DNA of 64,000 nucleotides, taken from Paraspadella gotoi. Its lineage: Eukaryota; Animalia; Chaetognatha. Of this stretch, positions 1 to 11,617 are shown in pieces. Numbering within the stretch: position 1 is the stretch's first letter; every line of letters begins with the position of its first letter. Both the position numbers and the translations under genes were made by a program. The DNA lies in contig JBJCIZ010000239.1 in NCBI GenBank assembly GCA_051294375.1, positions 5,909,074 to 5,973,073 of the forward strand, in the 5' to 3' direction. The notes below the pieces were generated by a model. The model made no database searches, had not been told where the DNA came from, and saw nothing but the letters and a program-made list of their open reading frames with translations.

Positions 1-88
1 GAAGAGAGAGAGAAGAGAGAGATGAGAGAGAGATGAGAGAGAGAAGAGAGAGAGAATTCTTGATTAGCTCTCTCCCGAAAGAATCATC

Positions 89-1097
89 ATTATGGTGGAC
101 TAAAATCCACCAAACCGTTCATCAGCGGCCATTGATGCCGGAGGCAAGTCATTCGCCTCCCAACCCAAAAGGTCCGGGTTTATAGCCCGGTGGTCGCCTC
201 GCAGTTAAGAGGGACAGGCGCTTAACCTGCCTGTAACTCGGAGTTACAGCCAGATCCGAAGCTCAGGGACTGCTTATATTGAATGGTTCTGTCACTAACA
301 CATATCAATTATCACTTTCTCTTTCAACTTTAGGCGACATGCCTCAACCTGGCATGCACTTTCCGCCAACAACACATCAGCGACGAATGCCTCAACTTGG
401 TGATGAACTTTCCACCAAACAACAATGTAAAGTCCAGACGAATATCTACAACTCAGATGCTCTTTTATAAAGGAGATATCGACGTTTGTCTCTTTCTCTC
501 TTTTGCAGTCATTCCAATTCTGCTCTGAAACGGGACTCTTCTCTAAAATAATAAACATTTGTGAACGCTTAGTGGATTCTTTGTGGATTGTTTATTTACT
601 ATTGCTTCTTTTATTATTAGTAGTATTATATTATTGTCTGTATGAATATCTAATAGTCTTTGATTATTTTATTAAGGTACCATTAAATATCAAGACTCCA
701 ATGTGGATAAGAAACTTTATTATAAACTTTAGCGGCGCCAGCGGTCCCGGTCTTTAGTCCAGTTTCTCTCCCGACGTCTTCCTCCCTCTCCGCTAGGTCG
801 AGGAGGGGTTCTTTCAACAACAATTCACTGAAGAGATGCAACAGACTTCTCCCTACAGGAGGGGGGGATGTATGGTGACTAAAATCCACCAACCGTTCAT
901 CAGCGGCCATTGATCGCCGGAGGCAAGTCATTCGCCTCCCATCCCAAAAGGTTCGGGGGTTCTAGCCCGGTGGTCGCCTAGCAGTTAAGAGGCGCTTAAC
1001 CCCGCCTGTAACTCGTGTGCTACAGCCTGATCCGAAGCTCAGGGACCGCTTATATTGAACTTCTGTCACTAAACTTATCATTTATCATTAATTTTCA
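89..1097 (+). mobile_element. Non-autonomous two-LTR mini-retroelement (TRIM-like): LTR1 ~89-326, internal 327-868, LTR2 869-1097
   Basis: Two ~230-bp direct repeats, both ending TTTCA. Polypurine tract AGGAGGGGGGGA (857-868) lies directly before the TG start of the second repeat, and a PBS-like TAGGCGAC lies at 331-338. No coding capacity and no clear TSD. Confidence 0.7.
125..198 (+). ncRNA. tRNA-like cloverleaf inside LTR1 (second copy 903-978)
   Basis: 7-bp acceptor stem GCGGCCA/TGGTCGC, D-like stem GAT/GTC, loop CT-CCC-AA with a degenerate anticodon stem, T-arm CCGGG-TTTATAG-CCCGG (copy 2 has GGTTCTAG). More likely a pseudo-tRNA or Pol III promoter than a functional tRNA. Confidence 0.65.
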
Positions 1098-1439
1098 TAT
1101 TCTTTTTTTCTTCTTTCTTTTTTCAATATTTTCTTTCTTTTTTCATTTTCTTCGCCACTGCCGCTTCAGCCGCGGCAGCTTCAGCCGCTGCAGATACGGA
1201 CGCCGTCGCGGCCGATGCCGAGGCCGCTTCGGCTGCTGCAGATACCGCCGTCGGCGCCTCTGCCGCCCCCCTCCGCTGTTTCGACCGAGATTCTTCCGAC
1301 ATCATTCTGAAACTTACTCACTCTAATTGTTGCACAAGTCTCTATAACTCGTTTCACTAAAATTATCCCCTTCAATCAACTCTCATCGACTCACTTTATC
1401 AGGTTTAAAAATGTATTCAACAATTTGTCAATGAAACAG

Positions 1440-1483
<44 letters not shown>

Positions 1484-1484
1484 G

Positions 1485-1731
1485 TCAAGCCTTTCCGCGA
1501 GAGGTCCCCACTTCCGCCACGATAGAGATCAGCGCCTCCGGTTTGAGTTCCACCACGGGATCGTCTCCCAACTCTTCTCCGTCGTGCAGCAACGTCAAGG
1601 AAGCGGCGCGGGCGTTCCTCACCGATATTCCCTCTCCCAAGTGGCGTTTTAGTGAAAGGGCGGAACCGCCAGTGGCGTCGCAGGATGTCGAAGCGTCACC
1701 GGTTGTCGGGTAACGACAATCGGAGGAAGAT
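1485..1731 (-). CDS. Golgi alpha-mannosidase II-like (GH38), exon 11 (last)
   Basis: Acceptor ttttcag; encodes SSDCRYPTTG...SCDATGG...SLTLLH...VELKPEALISIV...KA*, matching the MAN2A C-terminal pattern. TGA at 1487-1485; phase is consistent with exon 10. Confidence 0.85.
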
Positions 1732-2057
1732 CTGAAAAATACGAAATGGTAGATAGTAACTTAATTTTATGCTTTTTATAAATCATCAGCGTTACCACGG
1801 TACCATGGTAGATGGGGGAAAAAAAAGAGCATTCTTTATACCCATCAAGGTAAAAGAAATTGCACATTAAAACATGTTTGTTACTTTTTGAGGTTCTTTA
1901 TCAATTTTTTATAGTTAGTTTAAAAAAAATATAATTCAATATAATTCTTAAAGGGATATACAAAATGCAGATTTTTTTTCCCAAAAATAATTGTAAAATA
2001 CCTTCAATTCAAATTCAAAAAAAAAAGAAAACGAAAAAGTTTTTTTTTTCTTTTAAC

Positions 2058-2227
2058 CTGGATAGTATAAAGACGGCCTCTTTGCCCGGCAAAGTCATTG
2101 ACGCCTCGTCCAATCCTGTCCCGAGGTTCGGCAATGGACGAAGCGACAGGAGATCCACGTCACATGGAAAAGGCGGTGGGGCTTTTGTCGTTGTTTGGGA
2201 CTTGTGTGGAACCCAGTTTTTGTCGAC
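2058..2227 (-). CDS. Golgi alpha-mannosidase II-like (GH38), exon 10
   Basis: FPCDVDLLSLR...AVFILSR resembles MAN2A LPCDIHLVNLR...ALILHR; cag acceptor and gt donor in phase. Confidence 0.85.
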
Positions 2228-2450
2228 CTGTATTGTAAAATATGGACAGATCTGATAACTTACTTGTCTCACGGTTCAGAAACATCATTAATGGGAAAGC
2301 TAGGTGCTCTAGGAATTAATGACTACAATTAGAGAGTTTTTATCAAAAGCTTACGGGATTGTCCCGCTATGTTATCTTGTAAAAAGGAGAAATCATCACA
2401 CCCACCGTAGCTTGTCTAAATTCATGATTTATTGATTGATTATTTGTTTA

Positions 2451-2621
2451 TGAAGAGAGAGTAATTATTGTTATGAGTTAGTGACAGGACCATTCAATAT
2501 AAGCAGTCCCTGAGCATCGGAAAAAGCTGTAACACCGTGTTACAGCCGGGTTAAGCGCCCCGTCCCTCTTAACTGCACCAATGGCCGCTGATGAACGGTT
2601 GGTGGATTTTAGTCCACCATA
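2451..2621 (-). mobile_element. Solo LTR of the 89-1097 family, lacking most of the tRNA-like segment
   Basis: Reverse-complement match to LTR1/LTR2 with about 70 bp missing between GCGGCCATT and GCAGTTAAG; lies in intron 9. Confidence 0.75.
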
Positions 2622-2724
2622 TCTAGTTGATTTGATTTCGATTTGTTTGAAACAATAGACGAAACGGGAGGGGGGGAAAGAAATTTGGTCTTAAAATAAA
2701 AAAAAAATAAAAAAAAAACAAAAC

Positions 2725-3144
2725 CTGCACCGCCCCAGCCTCAGCCGCCGCAGCGTCAGCCGTCGCAGCCTCTGTCGCCCCTTCGATCACTCTCGGTTCC
2801 GCGCTGAAAAAAACTTCTATGGGCGAATTGAGACGACGACGAAGTTGTCGAGCGGCGAAAGAGAGAAGAGGTATCTCTGCAGCCTCCGCAGTCCCTGCAT
2901 CTCCTGCAGCCTCCTCCAGAACGAGATCGTACCGCAGCGTCGCGATTCCGTTGTCGAGAACTCCTTCTCCCATTCCTCGACCGTCGTCCTTCATCAATCG
3001 ACGATCCTGCATCATCTCCAGGCTGCCGTTTCGCTGCGACGAGGCGCCCTGCGGCTGCGCTGACAGCAGAGTCAAGCGTCTCCTGCCGCCGCTGCCGATT
3101 CTATCCTCGATGAACGCCGCGGATGGCATTGGGTAAAAGTTGCC
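2725..3144 (-). CDS. Golgi alpha-mannosidase II-like (GH38), exon 9
   Basis: GNFYPMPSAAFIED...RLTLLSAQPQGASS...GSLEMMQDRRLMKDDGRGMGEGVLDN, a GH38 C-terminal motif; 420 nt, phase 0-0. Confidence 0.92.
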
Positions 3145-3766
3145 CTGGGATATCGGGATATCGAATTAACAGGGAAATAAGAATGGAGATTCCAATGTGT
3201 ATTGCGCCGCGAGATATGTCCTCGAGGGGCAACAGAAGGGGCGGTCTCAGGAGGCAATCTTTTCCAGGGGAGCTACAATATATCTAAAGAATGGAAAAAC
3301 TTTTTGAATTCCCCTTAAAATGAGCCCATGGGGATGCCTTGCTGCCCCTGGGGGAACGTATTTTAGCTATTTTGGGGTGCCCCTAATGCTAATCCCCCAG
3401 AGGAAAGAAAAAGCTTGCCCTATCGGGGAGCCACAAAGGGAATCAGAATTTTCTCCCCTAAAGCCGTATCGACTTTTGTATTTTATTAATTTCCGGGTAT
3501 GTCATCAATCATTTGACATTTGTTAAACTTATCTTTCTTAATTAAGTAATCATATGATCATTGAGAAATATACATGATTAAAATTTTACTGAGTCGCAGC
3601 ACATTATTTTAAAACATTTTAAATAAGTCTTTTAGAAGAACATTCCAAGAGTCTGTTTTGATGTATTTTCCAAGGTCTATGTTAAGACCCTGGCCTAGCT
3701 GGAAATCCAGAAATATTCTTCACCTTAGAAATAGTGAAATCCCGATTGTTTATTAAACAGACCCAC

Positions 3767-3893
3767 CTGTATAGGGAGTTTAGCCAATCGTCGTCGCTTC
3801 ATCATAGCCAGGCTATTGGCGTCCGTGAAAAAGTCGGCACCAGAATCGATGTCCGTGTCAAAGCGCATGACAGGCTCCAGATTGGTATCACTC
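3767..3893 (-). CDS. Golgi alpha-mannosidase II-like (GH38), exon 8
   Basis: Hand translation NLEPVMRFDTDIDSGADFFTDANSLAMMKRRRLAKLPIQ resembles MAN2A FYTDLNG...KLPLQ; cag acceptor, gtgggt donor. Not in the ORF track. Confidence 0.9.
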
Positions 3894-5214
3894 CTGAGCA
3901 ATGAGCATGGAATGATGTTATTAATCCTAAGTTTTTATATACTAATACTCTCCTCAAAAAATTACAACAGCCCATACAAAAATTATCCATTTATTAAATA
4001 AGCTATCTTGTTCAAGACAATGGACAATGGTGATATTACAAGATATCATTATCACAAGATTGCAGAAGCCTGCAAGGTTTTTATTTAGACTCTCAAATAG
4101 TCTAGTTAATTAACTTCCAGAGCTCCTGGCATTCTAATCAATATGTTAGAATAGTATTTAAAAAAAACTGTTTTTCAATAAGTATTTTTTTCTTTTACTT
4201 TATTCAGCCCTGAAAAATGTATCTAAAATATTGTACAAAACTAATGGCATAAGCTTATTATTATTTTTGTGCTTTTAATAAAGAAAAAAATTGCTCTTTG
4301 GTTTTAATTTTTTTTAGCTGGATCTGATCTATAATATAGCTTATTTATTAAATGAATGGATAATTTTTATATTTGTTGTACCAATTTCATAAAATTCAGC
4401 TCCTTGTATTTTGATGCTAATGCGGAGTACAATAAGTATTCCCCGATCTAATACTTAAGGGAGTGGTCTTTTCATACAATTGAAACATTCTTTGAAATTA
4501 TTTTCCACTTCATTGATAGGGAAGCCAGGTACTCTGGGAGTGAATAAACGAGACTGTGAGAGTGTCTTGATTGAAAGCTTGCAGGGACCTGCTATGTCAT
4601 TATCTTGTAAGAGTGATGGAGGCCTTAAACACAAAGCCTGTCCAAAGCAGGGGCAAGATAGCTTATTTATTAAATGAATGGATAATTTTTATATTGGTTG
4701 TACCAATTTCATAAAATTTATAATTCACTTTGTTGGTCAATGGTCAGTCGGTCTCACCACAAAATTTTGTCAGTAAATCATTTAGATCATCTCAGATCAA
4801 AGAATTATGACAAATTATGTATGTAATTATGTCTTTCACTGTCTTTTATCTCTTATCCATCAGCCAATCCCTTCTTCAGATTTAAATGTTAGTTACTCAT
4901 AAGTGGATTAAAACATTTACTTAAGATTTTGTGTGTGTGTAAAGAAGTGTGTGATTGAGCTATAAATAAAGTTTCAATTTTATTATAATATAAAAATTAG
5001 TTTAAAAAGAAAAAATATAAATCATGTTTCACCATTTAATTTTTCTTTTTTTTTATTTAAAATACTACTATATACTACTACCACCACAACCACCGATATT
5101 TCTATAAAAACTATAACCATGTATAATTACCAGAATTTAAACATCTTCAACAACGACAAAAAGCTATTACTTTAAAAATATTGATAATAAATTTTATTTT
5201 TATAAAAAAGATTT

Positions 5215-8200
5215 CAAGATTATGGAGCCGCTACCCGCGACGCCTTTGTACGCGCGACTTTTCGAGATCAAGGAGCCCAACATGGAATCCGCCACTACAT
5301 CGCGACAACAAGGACGCCCATGTTCAGGCTCGTGGCCCGCCGCCTGTCGCCTTGAAAAGTTTAGCAGTGGCCAAGGCCGAATTGACAAAATGGTTAGAGC
5401 TCGGAGTGGCAAGTCCGGGGCAAAGAGTCCATGGGTCCATCGCCCCTCACTGCGTCCCGAAAGGAGACGGAGGATGGCGAGTCTTGCGTGTGATTACCGC
5501 TCAGAGCTTAACGCCACAGACCATACCAGATCGTTATCCAGTGAAATGGTTGGCGGATTTAACGCCAATTGGCAGGCAAAAATGTATTCTCCAAGATCGA
5601 CCTCTTGAAGGTTACCACCGATTCCGCGGTTGGCGCCTGAGGAGTACACAAGACGGCCGTCATTAACCTTTTTTGGCCTTCCGTTTTCCTGCGGGCCCTT
5701 TGGTTTAAAAAACGCAGGACAAGACTTCCAGCGTCTATGGACGAAATTACTCGGAGGCATGCCCCGTGTATATGTCTACCTCGATGACATAACTGGTCGC
5801 GGAGTGAGGATGACGATCAACATGCCAAAGGCATCTGGAGGAGGTGGTTTCGAGGCGCTGCAGGAGGAACGGCTAGTATAATAGCGGGGAAGAAATGCAT
5901 CCTCGGCGCAAGAATCTACTAGCAGTTCCTTTGGATTATCACGTCGAACGAGAGGAGTGGAAGCCACTCCCCCACCGTGTCGACGCCCTGTCGGAAGACT
6001 TGCGCACCCACGACCGTCAAGGAGTTACAACGTTTCCTCGGGATGATAAACTACTACCGACCTTTCATCCCGAGGGTGGCGGCATCAGCGTTGACGCCTC
6101 TTTACGATGCCCTCAAAGGGAAGCCGCTGCCGTTTAGAGTGGACGCCGAGTTGTTCAACGCGGATTTGACGCGTCAAGGGGCTTTAGCGAACGCCGTCTG
6201 CCTTCGCCATCCAAAAACCGGCGCCGCATCTACTCACAACGGAGCGCATTCGCGAGCCACGGCCATTAGGAGCCGTCCGGAGCAGCGCGGGCCAAAAGGC
6301 TGGGAGCCCTTGGCCTTTTTACTTCGGCCAAGCTGAGCGATGCCAAAAGGACAATGCCACCCCTATCGATAGGGAGTATATGGCGCCCTTCCGAAGCCGT
6401 CAGGCATTCTCCGACCATGGCTGGCAGGTCGTACATTCGTCTTATATACAGAATCACATGAGTGCTGATCCACGCCCTTCCACAAAAATTACGGAACCTC
6501 AAACGGCCCGCCAGACATTTAACATCTCGGCCATCTCGGAATATACTACAGATATTCGACATGTTTTTGTGCCGGGGGGGGGGGGGGGGGGGGGGGGGGG
6601 GCCGCAAAAAGGGGCAAGGGGAATGTCGTGGGCCGACGCCCTCTCGCGCCCCCTACTCAAGGCTCCGACATCTCCGCAGCAGACCAATTGGGCCGCTGAG
6701 AATGTCGGAACACGCTTCCCTTGTTGTTCGCCGCCAATTCAGCATCAAGGGTCTCGACCTTCGCAGATGGCGCGCCAAACAGCCATAGATCGAGATTTCC
6801 GTCGACTCTCACAAGATCCCGCCACGGGGCTCCATTTCAAGACGGATCCGCCTTGTGTGACGATTCCCATCTTCGTTGACATCTGCCAATGGCCCGCCAA
6901 GGCCGTTCGTGCCACAAGAGGCTGGCGCCGAAAAGTTTTTTCAGACAATTCATGGATCTGGCGCACCCAGGCATCGCGAGGACGCGAGACGCCTGTGGCT
7001 GAAAAATTTGTCTGGCCCATCGATGCGCGCGGGACGTAACGGTTGGGCACGTGAGTGTATCGCTTGCCAGCGCGCTAAGGTTGACGCGCCACGTCATTCG
7101 GAAATGGCGATTTCGCAGTGCCGCCACGTGCGTTTCCGCATGGTGCACGTGGACGCTTCGTTCAAAATGCCCTCTTCAAATGGTTTCAGCGTAATCCTCC
7201 TCACCGCCGTGCGACAGATTTACGAGATGGCCGATCGGGCGGTGCCGCATAAGGGATATTACAGCAACCGACCCGTCGGCTGATACCTTTGCACATCATT
7301 TGGTCGCATCTTCGGGCATTCCCTGCCGAATCCTACAGATCGCGCGCTCGCAATTTTCTACAACAATCTGGCGACAGCTGCAAGGAAGTCAGACGTCCAT
7401 CAAAACGCTGGGATTGCCAGCTGCGTTAACTACAGCTTACCATCCAGAAGCAAAATTGGATTGGTGGAGCGGATTCCATCGCCGACTAAAGGATCACTCA
7501 TTTGCAATCTCCCACAGACGACCCCGAGCGGGCTGGTATTTGGAGACTTCCCGTCGGCCCTCCTTGCAATTCGAACCACCATCAAACCGGATGTGGTACG
7601 CCTCCCAGCCCAGTTGGTCTACGGAGACCCCTTCACCGTTGCCCGGCGACATCCTGGGACCGAGCCAATCTGAGGCGGAAGAAGCGGGAAGCTCGTCGAA
7701 CGCCTTAGAGACGAACTCCGCAGTCGAAGTTCGAGCAGGCTCCAGCGGCGCCAACCAGCAGGCATCGAAGACCTCGGGTCACCTTCCGGACAGCCTCGCG
7801 GCATGCACGCACCGTCTCATCCGCGCGGGCGGCATATCAACCCGTCTCTACTTTGCACCATACCGAAGGTCCTTTCCGCGTTACAGCAAGAGACAATCAA
7901 AATTGTTAAAAATTGACATTCCGGGTAGAGGCATCGAGACCGCGCCATAGCCCGCGTAAACGGCTAATGTCGACAACGATAAGACGGCGACGCTGCCCAA
8001 GATGAGAGACCTCCGCACGGAGAGTCCAGCCGTCACCTCTCCAGTTCGTCGACGCACGTCGCCGTCCCCGGCAACCGAGCAACGGCGCCTAAATGATGAG
8101 CAAATTGAACCACTTCGCGCCACGCCATCTTAGCACCAACGTCTCCTCGAAGCTCCACCGCTCGACCAGAGCACCTCGCGAGGCCCTACGCGCGCCACGC

Positions 8201-8388
8201 CGCGTTCGGCCTCCGCGCCATTTCCTCGAGCCAAGCCAGCAGACGCCTCGTTGCCGGCCCGAGCGCAGCGGCGACACGCCCAAATTACGGCGCAGGTGTT
8301 ACGACACATCCTTCAGCAAATGATACAACTAAGCCAACAGCTGAAGAAATTGTCTCCTCGTCTCCAACGGTTTCCTCGTCAGGGGGGA
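5215..8388 (+). mobile_element. 5'-truncated, heavily frameshifted Ty3/Gypsy pol (RT-RNaseH-integrase), antisense within intron 7
   Basis: Fragments TIPDRYP, PFGLKNAGQDFQR, YVYLDD, LQRFLGMINYYRPFIP, WEPLAF, ADALSR, ECIACQR, VHVD and TTAYHP occur in RT-RH-IN order; PPT AGGGGGGA at 8381-8388. Some frameshifts may be read errors. Confidence 0.93.
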
Positions 8389-8620
8389 TGTGGGATTTGA
8401 TCCCAGTTTCTTCGCTTTTCAAGTTGACGGAGTTGGGCAAATCGCCAATAATATTATGAACAAACTATCCTTAAACTAATATACAAATTTAACAATAATT
8501 GAATCAAAATTAAAAGAGTCATCTCCGGATTCGATCACGGGAAAGATCATCCACAACAGTGAATTAGAGTTCATCACATCACTGTAATTAAATAAATATT
8601 CCCTTGTATAATTATTATAG
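8389..8620 (+). repeat. Probable 3' LTR of the Gypsy element (right end uncertain)
   Basis: Starts TGT directly after the PPT; AATAAA near 8591. No partner LTR is visible in the window. Confidence 0.45.
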
Positions 8621-9469
8621 CATGTCATATTGATATGTTGAACAAGAGAACATTATAACCTTATATTTTACTAGGGTACATAGTAGTATTTTAATAGTTC
8701 TCATTTCTGTTATATCATTTAGTTCTTAGTTCTTCTGTAAAGAATTTGTTATCAACACTTACTGTCCATCACTACAGTTTGAATACTTATTCTAATTGTT
8801 AAGCTTCATTGATTTTATGTATTCGCTTATTGGATTGTTAGTATTATTTCCTTTGTGGCTTGTTTGTGCATATAGATACTCTATGGAATTCTATGGAATA
8901 TCTTCTTATATGCCTTATGATTTTTTAGTTAAGGTGATTTTATAAATGAACAAAATAATATTTTGTTCTGAAAACATTTTTTCTTATTGAACGAACTAGT
9001 TGAGGCGGCAGACGCATACGTGGGTGGTTCGTTCACCACATTTATTGCATTTATCGATAAAACCGGGTTGATTAAGTACAATCATAATCAACAACCAGAC
9101 TAAATCTGAAACATAAAAATATATTAAAATAAAGAAAAATAGAAAACAAATTAATTTGTAAATAATAAATAATAAACAAACAATAAAAAACTGTTCTTAT
9201 GTTTTAAAAAACCGAATTTAGTTTCTGAATAACTGTATTTTTTATTACTTATTATTTTATTAGCCGCTTACCAATCTTAATGATCGTAAGCAGATCTCGC
9301 ATTGTTTCCTACTTCTTTCATTCTGTTTATTCTTCCACCCTTCAATCCCTTTATTTTATCTCTCTTTTCCTTGATCCCTTATCCTTTTATAATTCTGATA
9401 TTTAGCCTTCCACACCTTTATTCTTCTATCACTCTATCCTTCTATCCCCCTATCCTAACCCCAACAAAC

Positions 9470-9763
9470 CCTTTAAGCGAAATACGGTTGGTGATGAGAA
9501 TTGACTGACGCAATACGGAATCTTTGCAAGTTTGAATCGAAGGTAAGGACAGATTCCCTTCATCCCTCATCCCTCCGACCATTTCCAAAACGTGCTCGAT
9601 CATGGGAAAGAAGACCCTGACCGTGGTCACCAATGGACCCGCAATGATCATAGCCATCAGAGGTGGTGAACTGTCAATGGCCGGGCCCTTTGGCCTGAAG
9701 AGATAAGCCCCGCTGTTGTCCGACGGGTACCACCAGAACCCGATTCGCGCCTCGAGTTTGTTT
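9470..9763 (-). CDS. Golgi alpha-mannosidase II-like (GH38), exon 7
   Basis: KLEARIGFWWYPSDNSGAYLFRPKGPA...AGPLVTTV contains the SGAYLF motif. Acceptor gggtag is inferred from phase; donor gtttgt. Confidence 0.85.
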
Positions 9764-11189
9764 CTACCCAGTGAGCAAACGCGAATGACTTATTTAACGT
9801 TAAAATGATATTATTTTATATACTTATTAAATTTTTAGCTTATAGCAGATTCCGGCTCTATAATTCTCTTTGTTGGTCCATCGGTCCGCCCCCCAATCTT
9901 GTTGGGCATTCACTGATATCATGTCAGAACATTGAATTATGATAAATTATGCAAAAAAATTATGTTCATCTGTCCATCCGTCTGTCTGTCAGTCCATCCC
10001 AAAAAACTCTAATTACTCGAGATTGAATGATTGGATTGGGATGAAATTCTGTGTGTGGGTAGGGAAGTGTGTGATTGAGCTGGTTATGAAGTTTCGATGG
10101 AATTGTCTGAGTGGAAATGAGTTTAAATAAAAAAAAAACAAAAACCTGTTTCGCTAATTGATTATGCTTCTTTTTTTAAATATTAAATGACATTGTATAT
10201 TTATTATATTAAATGTAAATGTAAGATGCATTAATTAATCAAATAATTAATCAGTTAGTTAATTATTAGTCAATTAAATAATAAATAATTAATTAATCAG
10301 TCAATAATTAATCAATTAGTTATTCACTCAATAAATTAATTTATCTATTAATTAATTATTCAATCAATCAATTTATTTATCAATTAATTATTTAATCAAT
10401 CAATCAATTAAGTCATTCGTTATCGGTATTATTGTCGTCGTTGCCATCATCGTCGTCGTTGCTTTGATTGTAGTCAGTGACGAAAAAACCTAAAAACAAA
10501 CATTTTGGATCAAAATAATTAATTCATTAATTGCTTTATTTATTAATCGACTTGAATTAATTAATTAAATTATTACCGCTAATGATCCTTGGCAAATCCG
10601 ACATTGTTTGCTCAAACTTGTTTATTTGTAACTAAATTCATTTTTTATTATACCGTACAGAAATTAATTAAAAAAAACTATTTTTAAAATATTTCTTATT
10701 AAAAAAAGATTTTAAATATTTTAAACAATAAAAAATTATATTGATGTAAAAAAATGCTTTTCAATTTAGAGGGGTTTGACCATTTATCCAGAATTTTTTT
10801 AAAAAAATTATTAATTTAAAAGTATCAAATCTAAATAAATATTTTTTTTTATGTTTTAGCATCAAATTAATGTAGTTAATCATTAATTTTTTTTTGTATT
10901 TAATTTTAAAGTGAAAAGTTAAAAAAATATTTCAGTAATTTTTTGTTAATATTTCTCAAATAATATTAACAAGGTAAGACTTAATATTATGTCCGGATAA
11001 ATGGTCCCACCCTTGTATATCAACAAAAAATTTAATTTTATTTTCAAAAAAAAAAATAAATAAATAAATATAATAGATGATCAGCTTTCAGCAATAGTAT
11101 TATATAAAAAAAATTAAAAACCTTTCACTAGGTATTAAAAATTGATAATTTTTTTTGTTTTTTTTTGTAAGTCATTCGCGATGGGAGAC

Positions 11190-11616
11190 GCTGTATCATC
11201 CTTGGCTCCGGCCTTGACCATCCGCCTCATAAGCCCGTCGTTGCCATCGAACTCAACGGCCAGACATCCGTTGCTCAGATTGAATCCCTCTCCGCGAGTC
11301 CATGGATCAACGCGAAACTCGTCCGATTCTAGGGTGAGGTTCGGGTAAGTGAAGAGTTCGACGATGGTCGCGGCGGCGGAGGAAAAGCCGGACGAATCCC
11401 CAGTCGCCGAATGGACGAAGATCCTCTCGATCCGAAGAGGTTCCATTTCCAATTCGAAGATCAATTCGTAAAGGCCCGATTCGGGTTTTCCGGGGTTGAC
11501 CCAGACCGGGTCGATCTGATGTCGGAGGATCTTTCCCGTCGTCTTCGTCGTTTTTAATTGAACGTCTCGTCGATTGACGCGCAATCTTATCATCTCCCGA
11601 CGTTTGAAGGGTAAAC
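11190..11616 (-). CDS. Golgi alpha-mannosidase II-like (GH38), exon 6
   Basis: GLPFKRRE...QIDPVW...YELIFELEMEPL...LSNGCLAVEFDGNDGLMRRM. Donor gtctcc is inferred from phase and alignment length. Confidence 0.85.
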
Positions 11617-11617
11617 C

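Noticed and set aside
2599-2626. Helitron 3' end (hairpin followed by CTAG)
   Set aside because: CTAG is absent from the other two copies; the hairpin belongs to the LTR.
6575-6602. Poly-G run in the Gypsy pol read as a Gly linker or G-quadruplex
   Set aside because: It interrupts the conserved RNase H motif before ADALSR and is most likely a long-read homopolymer artefact.
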